Below are positions 42,960 to 55,177 of a stretch of 64,000 bases of DNA, in pieces. The DNA is taken from the NCBI RefSeq assembly GCF_006345805.1, contig NC_042998.1:17546001-17610000 (forward strand), written 5' to 3'. Every line of letters begins with the position of its first letter. Positions within the stretch are counted from its first letter, which is position 1. Made by a program: the position numbers and the translations under genes. This DNA is from Octopus sinensis. Taxonomy: Eukaryota. The notes beneath the pieces were generated by a model that did no database searches, was not told the origin of the DNA, and was given only the letters and a program-made list of their open reading frames with translations.

Positions 42960-43370
42960 GTAACAACCACACTCTTACCCGCGCGTAGAGCGGGTCACCT
43001 TCAGCTAGTCTCTATATATAAAACTGAAATGCGTTTTTACCGCTTGGATCGCTTTCAATGCCACTATGTCCGATTTCAATGTCCGATTCGCTCCAAAATT
43101 TACAGGGATATGTAGAATGAGTTGACGATGCCCGTGGGCTACCTTAGAAATCCCTATCTTGAAATGTGTGGTTGCTAGGGGCCATCTTCCTCACTCAGGC
43201 TATTTTCTCCTTTCCCTCTCCTACTCCCCTTCATTTATAACTTTGAGAGGTCCACTCCCGTTATTTAATGTATTCCCCTCAATTCCATTTCACTTTCCCT
43301 TTATAAGTTCGTCAGACGGCTTTCTTTGATGTATCTGTCTGCATTCATAGGGAGAATTATCATCGCTACC
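42960..43370 (+). mobile_element. Helitron tail-to-head junction (non-autonomous)
   Basis: GC hairpin ACCCGC-gcgtaga-GCGGGT (42977-42995), then CTAG (43005-43008), immediately followed by a TCTCTATATATAAAA 5' terminus. Confidence 0.7.
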
Positions 43371-43756
43371 AACAACACACAATCATGAGAACAAATATTA
43401 TGAATCAGATATTCATTGCGTTCATTTATATGTGTGTGTGTGTGTTCGATATATAAATATGTATATATAATGTATATATACAAAGTCTATATATCTGTAT
43501 TTATGTATATTAAACTTTTTAATACTTTTTGATAGTTATATATATTTTTAAACAAATATAAATATAATTTAATAATTTTTATTTAAATTTAAAAATTTAA
43601 ATTTTTCAATTTTATATATTTTCTATATTATATTTTTATTTTTATGTTTTTGTTTTTGTTTTATTTGCCTATTAGTGGTTTTATCTCTAATTTAATTTAT
43701 ACATATATATATATAATTTGTATATATAATGCGTGCAAACACACACACACACACAG

Positions 43757-43787
<31 letters not shown>

Positions 43788-44990
43788 ACGGGAAGCTTTA
43801 TGAAAATAGACAAAAGACGAAGGCAGGGGGAAAACAAACGAACAATTGTATTAGTATGGCGCTCAGGAAATATAAATAAAACAAGTCTTTAACGTTTCGA
43901 GCCTACGTTCTTCAACAGAAAGATACACAGAGAGAAAAAAAAACACAGAAAGAAGGAGAGAAAAAAAAATGCGTGCAGTAACTAGCGAATCAACATGGCG
44001 ATCTGATTTCGGCCAGAGGTCAAAGATGAAACATGAGACGCGAGAGCGAAATAAGGGGAGATAATAGGGTGATAATAGGGTTGATAATAGGGTTGAAGGA
44101 CCAGCTATTAGTGCGTAGGAGGGGTCTGGACGGTGTATGTATAGGGTTGGTGTATGTATTAGTGTATAAGGGTGTGTGTGTGTGTGTGTGTGTATGAGAG
44201 AGTATTAGTGCGTAGGATTGGTCTGGACGTGCGTATGTATGGGGTGGGTGTATGTATTAGTATGTATTAGTATGTATTTACGTATTAGTATGTATAAGTG
44301 TGTGTGTGTGTGTATGAGAGAGTATAAGTGCGTATGAGGGGTCTGGACGTGTGTATGTATAGGGTTGGTGTATGTATTAGTATGTATTAGTATGTATTGT
44401 ACGTATTAGTATGTATTAGTATGGCACATCATATATGATGTGATGTGTAAAGTCGTGTGGTGTAGTGAGGAGAAGAGGGGGAGGGGAGAAGAGTGGGGAG
44501 AAGGGGAGGGGAGAAGAGGGGGAGGAGAGGGGGAAAGGAGATGAGGGGGAGGAGAGAGGAGGGGAGAAGGAGGAGAGGAGGGGGGGAGAGGAAGGAGGAA
44601 AGAGGGAGAGGGGGAGAGAGAAGGGGAGTGAGGGAGCAGAGGAAGGGGAAGAGGGAAGGAGGGAGGGAGAAAGAGGGAAGAAAGAAGGAGGGAGAAAGAG
44701 GGAAGAAGGGAAGGGGAGTAGGGGTGAAAGGATGAAGGACTGAAGAAGTAGGGGTCGGGGGGAAAGGATAGATGAGGAGGGGGAGAGGGGGGTTAGATGA
44801 GGAGGGGGGAGAGTTGAGACCAAATGGCGTATAAGAGCGAAGAGAGAAGATTAATTCCTGTTCACGGCGCAAACGGGAATCCGGATGGCCTCTGTGTAAG
44901 GACAAACCGAACACAGATAGGTGTTGCAAGGAGTGACTGGTGGAGCGGAAATGGCTGACCGGTTCGCGGAACACCTTCGTGACATCTTTT
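43788..44990 (-). mobile_element. Penelope-like element 3' part: GIY-YIG C-terminus, pyrimidine-rich UTR, pLTR
   Basis: 44815-44960 gives SHFRSTSHSLQHLSVFGLSLHRGHPDSRLRREQELIFSLRSYTPFGLNS. ADRFAEHLRDI is inverted at 44952-44986. HHR at 43886-43923. Confidence 0.8.
43886..43923 (-). ncRNA. Minimal hammerhead with variant core (CUGUUGA)
   Basis: TCTTT-CTGTTGA-A-GAAC gtag GCTC-GAAACGTT^AAAGA. Stem I is a perfect 5 bp. Confidence 0.6.
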
Positions 44991-45790
44991 CAGCACATTC
45001 TATACCGATTCCTCGCAAGCGGGGGACTATACAATTAGTTGTGGTGCATCCTTCGGTACGGAAGCGTCTCGTCGCGTGATGTAATAAGAGGTATCTCGTT
45101 ACATGATCTCTGATTCGCTCGGACATAATACAGCTTGTTGTTAGTGACCGTAGGTTTAAGCTGTTGGCAGGAATGGTGAGGGACAGGTTCTTTTGCAATG
45201 TTGTAGGTATAGACAGGGAGTAATTAAAAAAAAGAAAAAGAAAATGAATAATATACAATAAATTAAAACATATAATGAATTAAAGCATACAATACACTAA
45301 AACATAAAATAAATTAAAACAAGGTGTGTCAATACCCAGATATAGTTACTTCTATGCCGACACTTGCGGTCTTTTGCGCACCCCACCACAAACACACTCA
45401 TTCATATAGACAGTTAAGTAGATGTCATTAAACTGTCCAATGAGTCTTGTAACTCGCTGCTAGGTACAGCACCGCATCATCGATTCAGGCTGACCGAATC
45501 AGGGCCGTAATTTGTCGAAAATCATTTGATATCTGTTTACCACAGATATACATCACCACATACGCCTATATATATCCACATATACTTATATACACGCATG
45601 TACGCACCATCATTTATTGCACAGACAAACTCATACACACACACACACACACACACAAACACATACATACATATATATACATGTACACATATATATGTGT
45701 ATACACACATACACGCACATATATATGCACGAATATGCATATACATACATGCATGCTTATATACACATATATACACATGGCGCCTTTACG

Positions 45791-45834
<44 letters not shown>

Positions 45835-45838
<4 letters not shown>

Positions 45839-45942
45839 CACGATGAATGCTCCAGTTGTTGTCCGATCGTCGAAGTTATGCAACATCGAGAATAGCGAGT
45901 ACTTCGATGGGTGACCACTTGGGAAACCTAGGTGCTGGAAGC
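45835..45942 (+). pseudogene. 5S rRNA-derived sequence (pseudogene or SINE3 head), 5'-clipped and diverged
   Basis: GTCCGATCGTCGAAGTTATGCAACATCGAG...AGTACTTCGATGGGTGACCACTTGGGAAACCTAGGTGCTG is colinear with metazoan 5S rRNA, including the A/IE/C box regions. Confidence 0.85.
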
Positions 45943-45952
45943 GTCTCACACT

Positions 45953-46040
45953 AGGCGCAGATATGGTTGTGTGGTACGAAGCTTTCTTTCCGACCACATG
46001 ATACGGGTTCAGTCCTACCACGTAGCACCATGGGCGATTG

Positions 46041-46043
<3 letters not shown>
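45953..46043 (+). mobile_element. SINE family C tRNA-like head
   Basis: AGGCGCAGATATGGTTGTGTGGTACGAAG...GGGTTCAGTCC...GCACCATGGGCGATTGTC aligns to 26632-26722. Confidence 0.75.
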
Positions 46044-46092
<49 letters not shown>

Positions 46093-46094
<2 letters not shown>

Positions 46095-46440
46095 CGAGAA
46101 TTTACAAAAAAACAAAAGACGAAGACAGGTGTGTAAACAACAAACTGATGTATTAGTTTAACGCTCAGAAGTGAGAAAGACATTTACGGTTCGAGCTTAC
46201 ACACTTCGACAGAAAAGAACACAGAAATAAACAGGGAGAGAAAACAGAAAAAAGGTTAAGTGGCTAGCGATCTATCATGGTAATGCCGGACAGAAGGATC
46301 ACACAGGAGAGCTAGGAAGAAGGGGAGATAAATTAGTGGTGATCCCAAAACGAAAATGCGCGTGCGTGGTTACATGAGAGCGTGTATGTGCGTGTGGAAG
46401 GGAGCTGGTGACATTGACTTGTGCGTGTATGTATATATGT
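46093..46440 (-). mobile_element. PLE pLTR copy with degenerate HHR (46181-46217)
   Basis: ACAAAAGACGAAGACAGG...TATTAGTTTAACGCTCAG aligns to 43810-43866. Minus strand reads CTGTCGA...GCTCGAACCGTA. Confidence 0.65.
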
Positions 46441-46474
46441 GTATATGTGTATATAAACATATATATATAAATTA

Positions 46475-46703
46475 GGCGGCGAACTGGCAGAAACGTTAGC
46501 TCACCGGGCGAAATGCTAAGCAGTATTTCGTCTGCCGCTATGTTCTGAGTTCAAATTCCGCTGAGGTTGACTTTGCCTTTCATCCTTTCGGGGTCGATTA
46601 AATAAGTACCAGTTACGCACTGGGGTCGATGTAATCGACTTAATCTCTTTGTCTGTCCTTGTTTGTTCCCTCTATGTTTAGCCCCTTGTGGGTAGTAAAG
46701 AAA
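46475..46703 (+). mobile_element. SINE family A copy
   Basis: Close match to 1086-1306 over its full length. Confidence 0.88.
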
Positions 46704-46769
46704 TATATATATATAAATGTGTGTATTTGAGTATGTGTCTATATGTGTTCGCCACTGTATTATTGTGTA

Positions 46770-46800
<31 letters not shown>

Positions 46801-48170
46801 TTAGAGCTTGTAGTAGCATCTCGAACGAGATCGCTTGAAAAGCTTAAGTTATGTAATTTCATTCAACCCGAAGAGTTCCCGTTTCTTTTTCTGTACAGTT
46901 TAATGAATATGTATGATATCATTTAATATATTCATATGTCTACGTTTATATACACAGTAATATGCACGTGTTTTGTTCGTGTGCGAAAGTACGTGTGTTA
47001 TATGCTGGTTTGAGTGTGTTCGTCGGTTTGTGAGATTCCGTGCTGCATAAATTTATCTGAACATGAAAATATGTTTAAAGGTAATAATTTATACATTCCA
47101 TTTGTTATTGAGATAAGCATTTTGAAACACTCAACCTGAGATATAAATATACATGAGAATATGACACGTTCTGCATAATTCAGGTGAATGTACTGTGGCA
47201 CTATGGCTCTCTTGCTCTTTATCATCATATAAGCTATAAGAGGAAATAAAATTTTACTAGTCTTATTAGCTTTAAAGAATATTTACTTATTCTGCTATTA
47301 ACATAGCTACTGTTTTTATAATCCATAATATGATAACCGAATGTACTACGCGTGTTTTCAGCTGAGAGCTAGATTTCAATCATTTTCATTTTATTTAAAT
47401 GTATTATTCTAGTTATATTTTCATGTGGTGATTGAACTTCATGTTGATGAATAAGCCATGAATTCCAGACCTTGAAGCATTTATTATTCTCAAAATCATT
47501 ACTACTGAAAGCTATCCTTTTCTCTTTACCTCATTCAATTCAGATCGTTTTGAACAATGTTGTCACAATAAATGTCAATTTACAGTTATACACGGATCCT
47601 TTTCTGTAAGACCAATAAAGCAATAATACCCATTGAACAACTTTCACAAGCAACAGTTAAATCAAGCTTTTCTTCAGCCATCGTCATATACTTAAATAGA
47701 TTTCCCCGTATGTATAATTAAAGGTTTACTGAAAATAGCAAATAGGATAATATTGATTGAAGACATTTTCTTAAGAGTTATTGTCGATCAATATCGAACT
47801 CCATAGTTTAACGTGGTGTTGCTTAGATGCTAACTGGATTGGAAATTTCCGCCCTTATTAACAGCGAGAGATATCTTCAAAGGTAAGGCAACTTTTATAA
47901 TAAAAACTTAGCTGAAATGAGCTCATAACTGCCAGCGAGTGAGTCAAGGAGATCAATCTTGGTAATTACTTGATTTTCTCATGAGAGAATAAAGGACATG
48001 CAACCTACATAATCTAAATATTTCTCTAATTTATATCTTAGAAATAAGAAGTCTGTCTCCTGAATGTCGACGTTGGATTGCTTATCTTGTTCTGAGTTAA
48101 TATAAATACACTCACACGTACACACACACACATGCACGCACGCACACACACATACATATATGTATGTATG

Positions 48171-48203
<33 letters not shown>

Positions 48204-48229
48204 TATATGGTTTATATATTTACATACAT

Positions 48230-48261
<32 letters not shown>

Positions 48262-48274
48262 CATAAATGCATAC

Positions 48275-48316
<42 letters not shown>

Positions 48317-50110
48317 TCACATACTTGCCATCGATACTGAGCCAAGAAATACAATTGGGACAAAATAAAACGGGAAATTTAGTGGATGCTAGAAGGCGAA
48401 CATTTGATTTATTGGAATTTGATGACATATAATGATGGACAACTTCATATATTCACTTTAAAAGTTTAGAGAAGGAATACTGTTACAAATCAGGGATAGT
48501 CACCTAGATTAATTTAATTTTCTATTTAGAATAAGAGATCTTACAACGAACATTTAATCGGGCTATTTTCTTATCATCGTAATATTTCATGAAACTTATT
48601 AGAAATTCTTTGCCAACAATATTGGCTTTTCACCGATTTTAGCAATCCGCCTTCAATGAAATTAAAGAAACAAAATACTTAATTTTAAAAAACCTTACGG
48701 AGCGATCAAATGAAATGAGAGCTTCATCAAACTTTAATAGTCGTTTGATGTCAGCTGCTGTACCAACTCCCGAGTGTTAGTCGCGTTGATGCATACTTTT
48801 CATCATTGCTTTGGGAAAAGATCAAACGGTTCAAAGGATATTTATATGAATCGTGTTGATTGAATCAATGAATTAATTTTGATTCAGAAGCTTTGATATT
48901 CTTAAGACTACAAATTGAGGGAAATATTTATAAATAAAAAAATAGCATTAAAGTTAATAATTTCATTATTACTAGCTAGTTTGTTTTCAGTGTTAATATT
49001 TATTTTTCTAAACCATGGATAAAAGAAATGAAGGAAATTTCAAATTATGAATTTTTCCCCATGGGTGTACGCTATATGGTCTTATGGACACATTTCTATC
49101 GATATCCATGATACTGCTTTCTAATCTTCTTCACATTTGACTTTTATATAATTTCCAAATGATGTCATTAATTGATTTTCGTTACATATAAATGTTTTGT
49201 TTCGATATTTTTCATGTAATTTTAAGCAGATTTCACTAATATTCAGAAAGTCTCATAGTGGTAATATGTTTGCTATTGTTAGCGTTTACAAGATATTTAA
49301 CTTCATTTGTCAGACTTATAAGCAGGGGTATCTTACGCACTCACAAGTACAGTTAAACTGTATTTTATCGGTACATATGTAAATAAATGCGGACTGACAA
49401 TTTGCCCGTAATATTTTCTCGAAGAATTTCTAATGTATTTCGAACGAAGGCAGTTTTGTTGTCATGTACTCTAAAACTTAATGTTGACATAGTTTGCGAA
49501 CCACTTCTAGAAATTATATCTGTTATATCAAGATCTAACAGCCACTTAAAATACATGCGGCAACACAATCTAGGCACCGAAAAAAACAGAGAAAATCGTA
49601 CTTTCTGTTACATTCAATAAATTCATAGTAGAAGCATAGATACTCTGTTTTGTATGACAAATATATATATATACCTGTTATAAAAGAGAACAGAGAAGAT
49701 TGACAGTAGATAAATATACTCGTCAATAAAAGATAAATAATGAAAATATGAAGTGTTACAACATAATTAATTCAATCAAAGAAACGTACTACAACTGCTG
49801 GGAAGAATGTAAGAAGATAGTCGGCAAAATATGAACATGATATTTAATGGAATAACCTCATCAAAATAATCAATAACTAATCAGAATCGATGTTGAGCGA
49901 CTCTGCTGTCGTCACCCAAAACGCGAGAATACATGTATGAAATAGAAAATGCATCCGGAAACAGTATAAACATATTGTGGGTAAACGCTATTGCACATAT
50001 TTAATGAAGAATATATCTCAGAATAAAATAGTAGAATAAAGGACCAATAGATATGATAGACAGGAGAAATTCGTTTATTCACAGAAATGCATAAAACAAA
50101 CTCGTAAGAG

Positions 50111-50520
50111 TTGATTGATTGATTGATTGATTGATTCTAGTTTCAGCTCATGAGCTGTGGCCATGCTGGGGCACCGCCATTTGGTGTTGCTACTTGGTTT
50201 TACTTCACGAAAGCTTTTTAGCAACTGCCATTTGGTGCATGAGAGAGTTCGATGCAGCTGCCCTCATCTGCACCTCCTGCCGTGAAGTTGGTTCATCTGG
50301 GACACCTGACAGGAAGAGATCCAGTTCCATTTTAAAGACATCTGCATCCACCCCATGCAGGCCTCTCAGGTTCTTCGGGAGGATATTGAAGAGCTGTGGG
50401 CCACGGAAGCCCAGGCTATCACAGTATCTTGTCCTACATCTTGATGGCAAATTTTGAGTCCTAGGCACCACGCAGTGGCGCCCAGTTCTGGCATTTGTGT
50501 AACTCTCGATGCCAAAGTTA
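50111..50520 (-). mobile_element. CR1/L2-like LINE 3' end with (ATCA)n tail
   Basis: GPQLFNILPKNLRGLHGVDADVFKMELDLFLSGVPDEP...RAAASNSL, then a short UTR with a stem-loop and a tetranucleotide tail. Confidence 0.8.
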
Positions 50521-50559
50521 ATGTGTAAAATCCTAGTAAATCTGCTCAATCGGGACTAG

Positions 50560-52250
50560 TTGTGTGACAAGTACGAAGTAGGTTTCATAATGCTCCAATG
50601 GACGCATAGGAAAACTAAATCGGGTCATCAGATCTCAACTCAGCATACATTCCTGTAGGCGAGGAGATATAGATAGTACAGATTGTTAGAATTTGAAGCG
50701 GTCAGCAACACAAAATACATGTTTAAAATCAGCATTGTCGATACAGATAGTGTTCATGTGCTGAGGCTTCGTTAGAGGAAGCTAAAGGCGACTTTCGCAG
50801 TGTGCCAATTTTGCAGAGACCGGTTTAGCGAATTTGTTAAGGAAGAAATAATTGTAGAAATCATCAACAGCAGACGGTAGCTAGCCCTAAAAAGAGAAAA
50901 GTGATAGAGTCAAGAGGTTAATCTAGTTAGGATCCTCGAAGAGGCACCATGAAAAGGCATCGCCAACGATGTGCCCGCGGCGCGATAGCCCTTGCTCTAT
51001 TTTCGCAACAAGGAGCACAAATGTTGCATTGTAAGAGTTCGGGTGCGTACTTTAAGACATAAAACAAAAACCAAAAAAAATCTTCGATGAGCACAACTGG
51101 CCTATCGAACAATATTTCTTGTTGTCTTAAGGCGTTTCATTTTCTTCATGTCTTTTTACATGCACAACTTGGCACTTTGGACAGACTATGTTGGGCATGT
51201 GGTACTAGCTTCTTAGGATATACGTACGAATTTTGCAGAAATATGCAGAGTAGACGGCATATTTGCCGTGGAGATGGACTTTGTCATCTTTCTAAATATC
51301 CTGGGAGTCCGGAGTTCTGCGCAAGTCCGATAACATCTGATAAATACTTAAGTCGATGGATGACTACTCCGGTGAGACATCGGGAACATCAACAGGCTGT
51401 CCTGTAAGCTATACTTTCATATGGCACTCTGGTTCGGTGACATTTCGGTTAACGTTTACTTTAACAGGTAGAAAGATAGGAGAATTCTATCTAATGTGAT
51501 TTGTAGCGTGTTGTTTTGAAAGAGCCCGAACATAAGGGTCAACTTTGAGAATTTTAAGCCTGTAACCTTACTAGACATAGACTACAAGACTTTGGCCTAT
51601 ACGGTGGCAAGAGGACTCGGCTTCGCCTTGGTTGTTTTGGTAGAAACGCACATGCAATATAACATTGTAAATACTTCTATACATGACAACCTTACCTGAT
51701 CTATCGTAGAAAGTGTAGATAAAGAATTCATTTGTAGAGCTTAATAAGTTTAGGGCAATCATAAGCGGTCGATAAGTTCTGCAACATCCACCAGAAACGT
51801 TTTTCAACATAATTTTTCCGTATGATATCCGGCCGATTAATCTGAATTCCCCAATCAGTTTGAACAATGAAATTCCAAAGGATGATAATTTCAGTATTCC
51901 GGACAACTCTGTGATGTTTATGTTCCCATCAATGTGTCTGATCTGACCTGTTATGTTTTTGGAAGTAATATTTAGGAGCGCATCCATGAGAAGTCGACTA
52001 CATGATCTCTTAATGCAGTGGACTGGCACATAGAGAATGGCAAGGAACTATGAACTGCTTTAATATTTCAGAATATTATATAGGTAATTCCTGAATGGAA
52101 GGTAATGATCCTGAGCAAATATATTATACCTCTCAATTTCCAGCTTCATCATGCTAATCGTTGCTAAGTGTTACGTCTACATCAGGGTCATTAGCACTAA
52201 TTGGTCACTTGCATGCATTTTCGCTATTACGTGCAAGTTGTGGGTATATT
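50560..52250 (+). mobile_element. Decayed Tx1/L1-clade LINE ORF2
   Basis: Plus-strand peptides CCIVRVRVRTLR (~51020) and NFKPVTLLDIDYKTLAYTVARGL...SIHDNL (~51550-51690). Confidence 0.7.
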
Positions 52251-52309
52251 TCTGTCTACAGACTGGGTTTGGTATGATAGTTCTCAAGGATCATGGGATT
52301 GATTAGAAG

Positions 52310-52805
52310 TTGATGCTTGCATTCATATGAGTCCCCTCAGCACCAGTTATGTTCAGCTGGGAAAATATCATTCTCTTCGATAAAGGCTTACTATCAAAAT
52401 GATACTGGGGTAAAGTATATGAAACCTAATATACCCATCATGTCTACTCGTCTGATAACCGTACACCAGGTATATGCATTACAACCATACGTGCGCAACA
52501 GGGTAATCTCATATCAAGATATGCAGCGCATAATCTTGTAGGTTAGAATTTTCTTCACGTCGTGTATCCCATTCCACTCAAAAGCTCCCTGAATAAGGGT
52601 TTTTTAAGGATAATGAATGAAATACACATGTTTCCAGAGGGTGAATTATTCAAATCCCAAAGAATTTCTATCAACACATGACTATGATTCTCCGACACTA
52701 CTTCTGTTCGTGATCGGAGATGCACATATCGTCAGCCACTAATGGACATGCTAAAATGTTTAACGTCAACCAACTGACAACCACATCTGTGGTGTTTAGC
52801 AGAAT
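52310..52805 (-). mobile_element. Diverged copy of the Dong-associated non-autonomous element
   Basis: Colinear with 55205-55625 (ATACCCATCATG...CTGATAA...GAGATGCACATATCGTCAGCCAC). Abuts a (TAC/TAT)n tract. Confidence 0.8.
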
Positions 52806-52807
52806 AT

Positions 52808-52909
<102 letters not shown>

Positions 52910-52927
52910 CATCATCATCAATATTTA

Positions 52928-53135
52928 AGGCGGCGAGCTGGTAGAATCGTAAGCCAGACAGGCGAAGTAATTAGCGGTATTTCGTCCGACTTCAAGTTCT
53001 AAGTTCAAATTCTCCGAGGTCGACTATGCCCTTCACCATTTTGAGGTCAATAAATTAAGTATCAGAAAAACACTAGGGTCGATGTAATCGGCTAATCGCC
53101 TCCCCCAAATTTTCAGGCCGTGTGCCTTTAGTAGA
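52928..53135 (+). mobile_element. SINE family A copy
   Basis: GGCGGCGAGCTGGTAGAATCG...GTTCAAATT...GAGGTCGAC. Confidence 0.75.
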
Positions 53136-53141
53136 AATGAT

Positions 53142-53890
53142 TATCATTACTATTTTATCTTAATCACTGGGTTTGTTGGCGCTCCTGGTATTTTGCATGC
53201 TCAACGGGCTTACTACCTGCAGCCTAGGGTACCGTGCTCTTCGTTACATTCAGCTATTTAATATTTTCCTGATTATTCTGAGCGTGCCAAGTAGGCAAAC
53301 CTTTCGTAACAGTTCTATTGGGCGCTCTATTCCAATTTTCTTTATATTCCTTTTGGTGCCTTCTGATAGTTTCCCATTGACCCTACAATAATAATAACTA
53401 TCTTCATCTTCTTCATTCTCCATAGCCAGGTTATTCCGTACTTAAGAATGTTGTATCTATCTACCTTTTCGCCTAGCTTTTTGACAATTTGTGGGTCAAA
53501 GGGGCATGCAACATCAACTATATAGCGTTTGTGTTGCACATTGTCCACTACCACTAGATCTGGGCTGTTAGACTCTAGCACCTGATCTGTTTGTATTGGG
53601 AAATCCCAGTGTATTTTGCTAGTCTCCGATTCCGTTACTCTCTGCGGTTTTTGCTCACACCACGTCTTGCCTCACTCTAGTCCCCACTTTTCGCAAAGTT
53701 TCCAATGTAACACTTTCGCTACCTGGTCGTGTCGCCACAATTTGTAGTTGTTTTGGGCAAATCTAGAGCATTCGTTCCGTGATATGAGCAATGGTTCAAT
53801 CCATTCTATTGCAGATGCAGCACAGCGGATACACTTGCTCATTCCAATGGTTGACTCTCCAGTTCATGGCCAAAGCTTGGTCTTGCGAGG
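53142..53890 (-). mobile_element. Dong/R4-clade non-LTR retrotransposon, 5'-truncated (D1)
   Basis: QDQALAMNW, RHDQVAKVLHW, and the RLE motif SPDLVVVD...YIVDVACPFD...KVDRY. Confidence 0.8.
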
Positions 53891-53934
53891 TTGACCCTAC
53901 AGCCCGTGGCCAAAGCTTGGATTATTATTATTAT

Positions 53935-54945
53935 TAGTTACGTGTAATCTGCATGTGTATTACAATCTCTCGCCGAGATACACCCAGCATCCTAGGGCGA
54001 GTGTAGGATAAGAGATGTTACCGTATGACTGAAGTATTGGGAAGAGGTAGTGGCAGGGGCAGTAGTGAAATATATTCATGCAATACAACATAGACATTTT
54101 AATTGATAGGGTTTTTCTATGCGGGCAGTACTTATCAGCACAATCCTATGGATTTCTCTGAAACATGGTTGCCCTGGGATATTATCTAGATGTTTTAAAC
54201 AACCCTTTCTTATACACCTAGGTCACCGGCAATAACATGAACGGCATCTCGCTTTAAGATGCCGTACCTTCTGTATTTCAATTTCCAGGTCCTTATATAA
54301 GTATTTTCTCCTCCCGCTTTAATGACAATATCTGGTGGATTATCCTGGATCGTTCTGTTGGTTTTGACTAGAAAATCTCAAAGGATAGCGAGATTTTCTC
54401 TTTCAACTACTGGCTCAGGATGTTGTCCATACAAATATGCAGAAGTGCTGTTCTTGTAATGTTTACATATTTTCCAATGTAAATACTGTCCTAACCCATC
54501 ATGGCGATTTTTATATTCGTTTGGTGTCAGCACAGGACATCCCAAAACGAGATGGTCTATTGTTTCATCAAATTTATCGCAGTATCTGTATTTAGGGTTA
54601 GAACCGTTTTGAAGAACGTTATCCTGGTAGTTTTTTGTAAGCAAGCTTTGAGCTTGTGCTGCAAATATGAAAACTTCAGTCTCTGCTTTTAGCTCTGAGC
54701 TTCTCAGCCTCTGATGAGTTGTTGCTTGGTCGACATCAACATTTCGGCTTCGAAGTATACACGGTCCATTAAGAGGCTCCACCGAATTTCTTTCTACTCA
54801 TTTTTCTGGGGTTTTTTGGCAGTCTGATCCATTTGTTTTTTCTCGTGACAGCGGTTGCAGATTCTTCACATGATTCTGTGCTAATGCCAAGTTCTCTTGT
54901 GAATTTGCAAACTTCCATGACAATAGAATCTGATTTTTTATTTTT
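53935..54945 (-). mobile_element. Dong/R4-clade element, 5'-truncated and decayed (D2)
   Basis: LKAETEVFIFAAQAQSL...YCDKFDETIDHLVLGC...RHD...HWKICK. Ends in a TAA tail at ~53922-53936. Confidence 0.85.
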
Positions 54946-54947
54946 GC

Positions 54948-54949
<2 letters not shown>

Positions 54950-55033
<84 letters not shown>

Positions 55034-55058
55034 TATTATTATTATTATTATTATTATC

Positions 55059-55099
<41 letters not shown>

Positions 55100-55104
55100 C
55101 ATCA

Positions 55105-55174
<70 letters not shown>

Positions 55175-55177
55175 CAT
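54950..55177. repeat. (ATT/TAA)n tract
   Basis: Direct inspection. Similar tracts at 55733-55823, 58924-59132 and 61002-61093. Confidence 0.95.

Noticed and set aside
44100-44420. CRISPR-like repeated units
   Set aside because: This is a degenerate ~100-120-bp tandem minisatellite inside a PLE UTR in a eukaryotic context, with no unique spacers or cas genes.
51571-52029. 152-aa minus-strand ORF as a novel gene
   Set aside because: It is antisense to the decayed Tx1/L1 RT on the plus strand.
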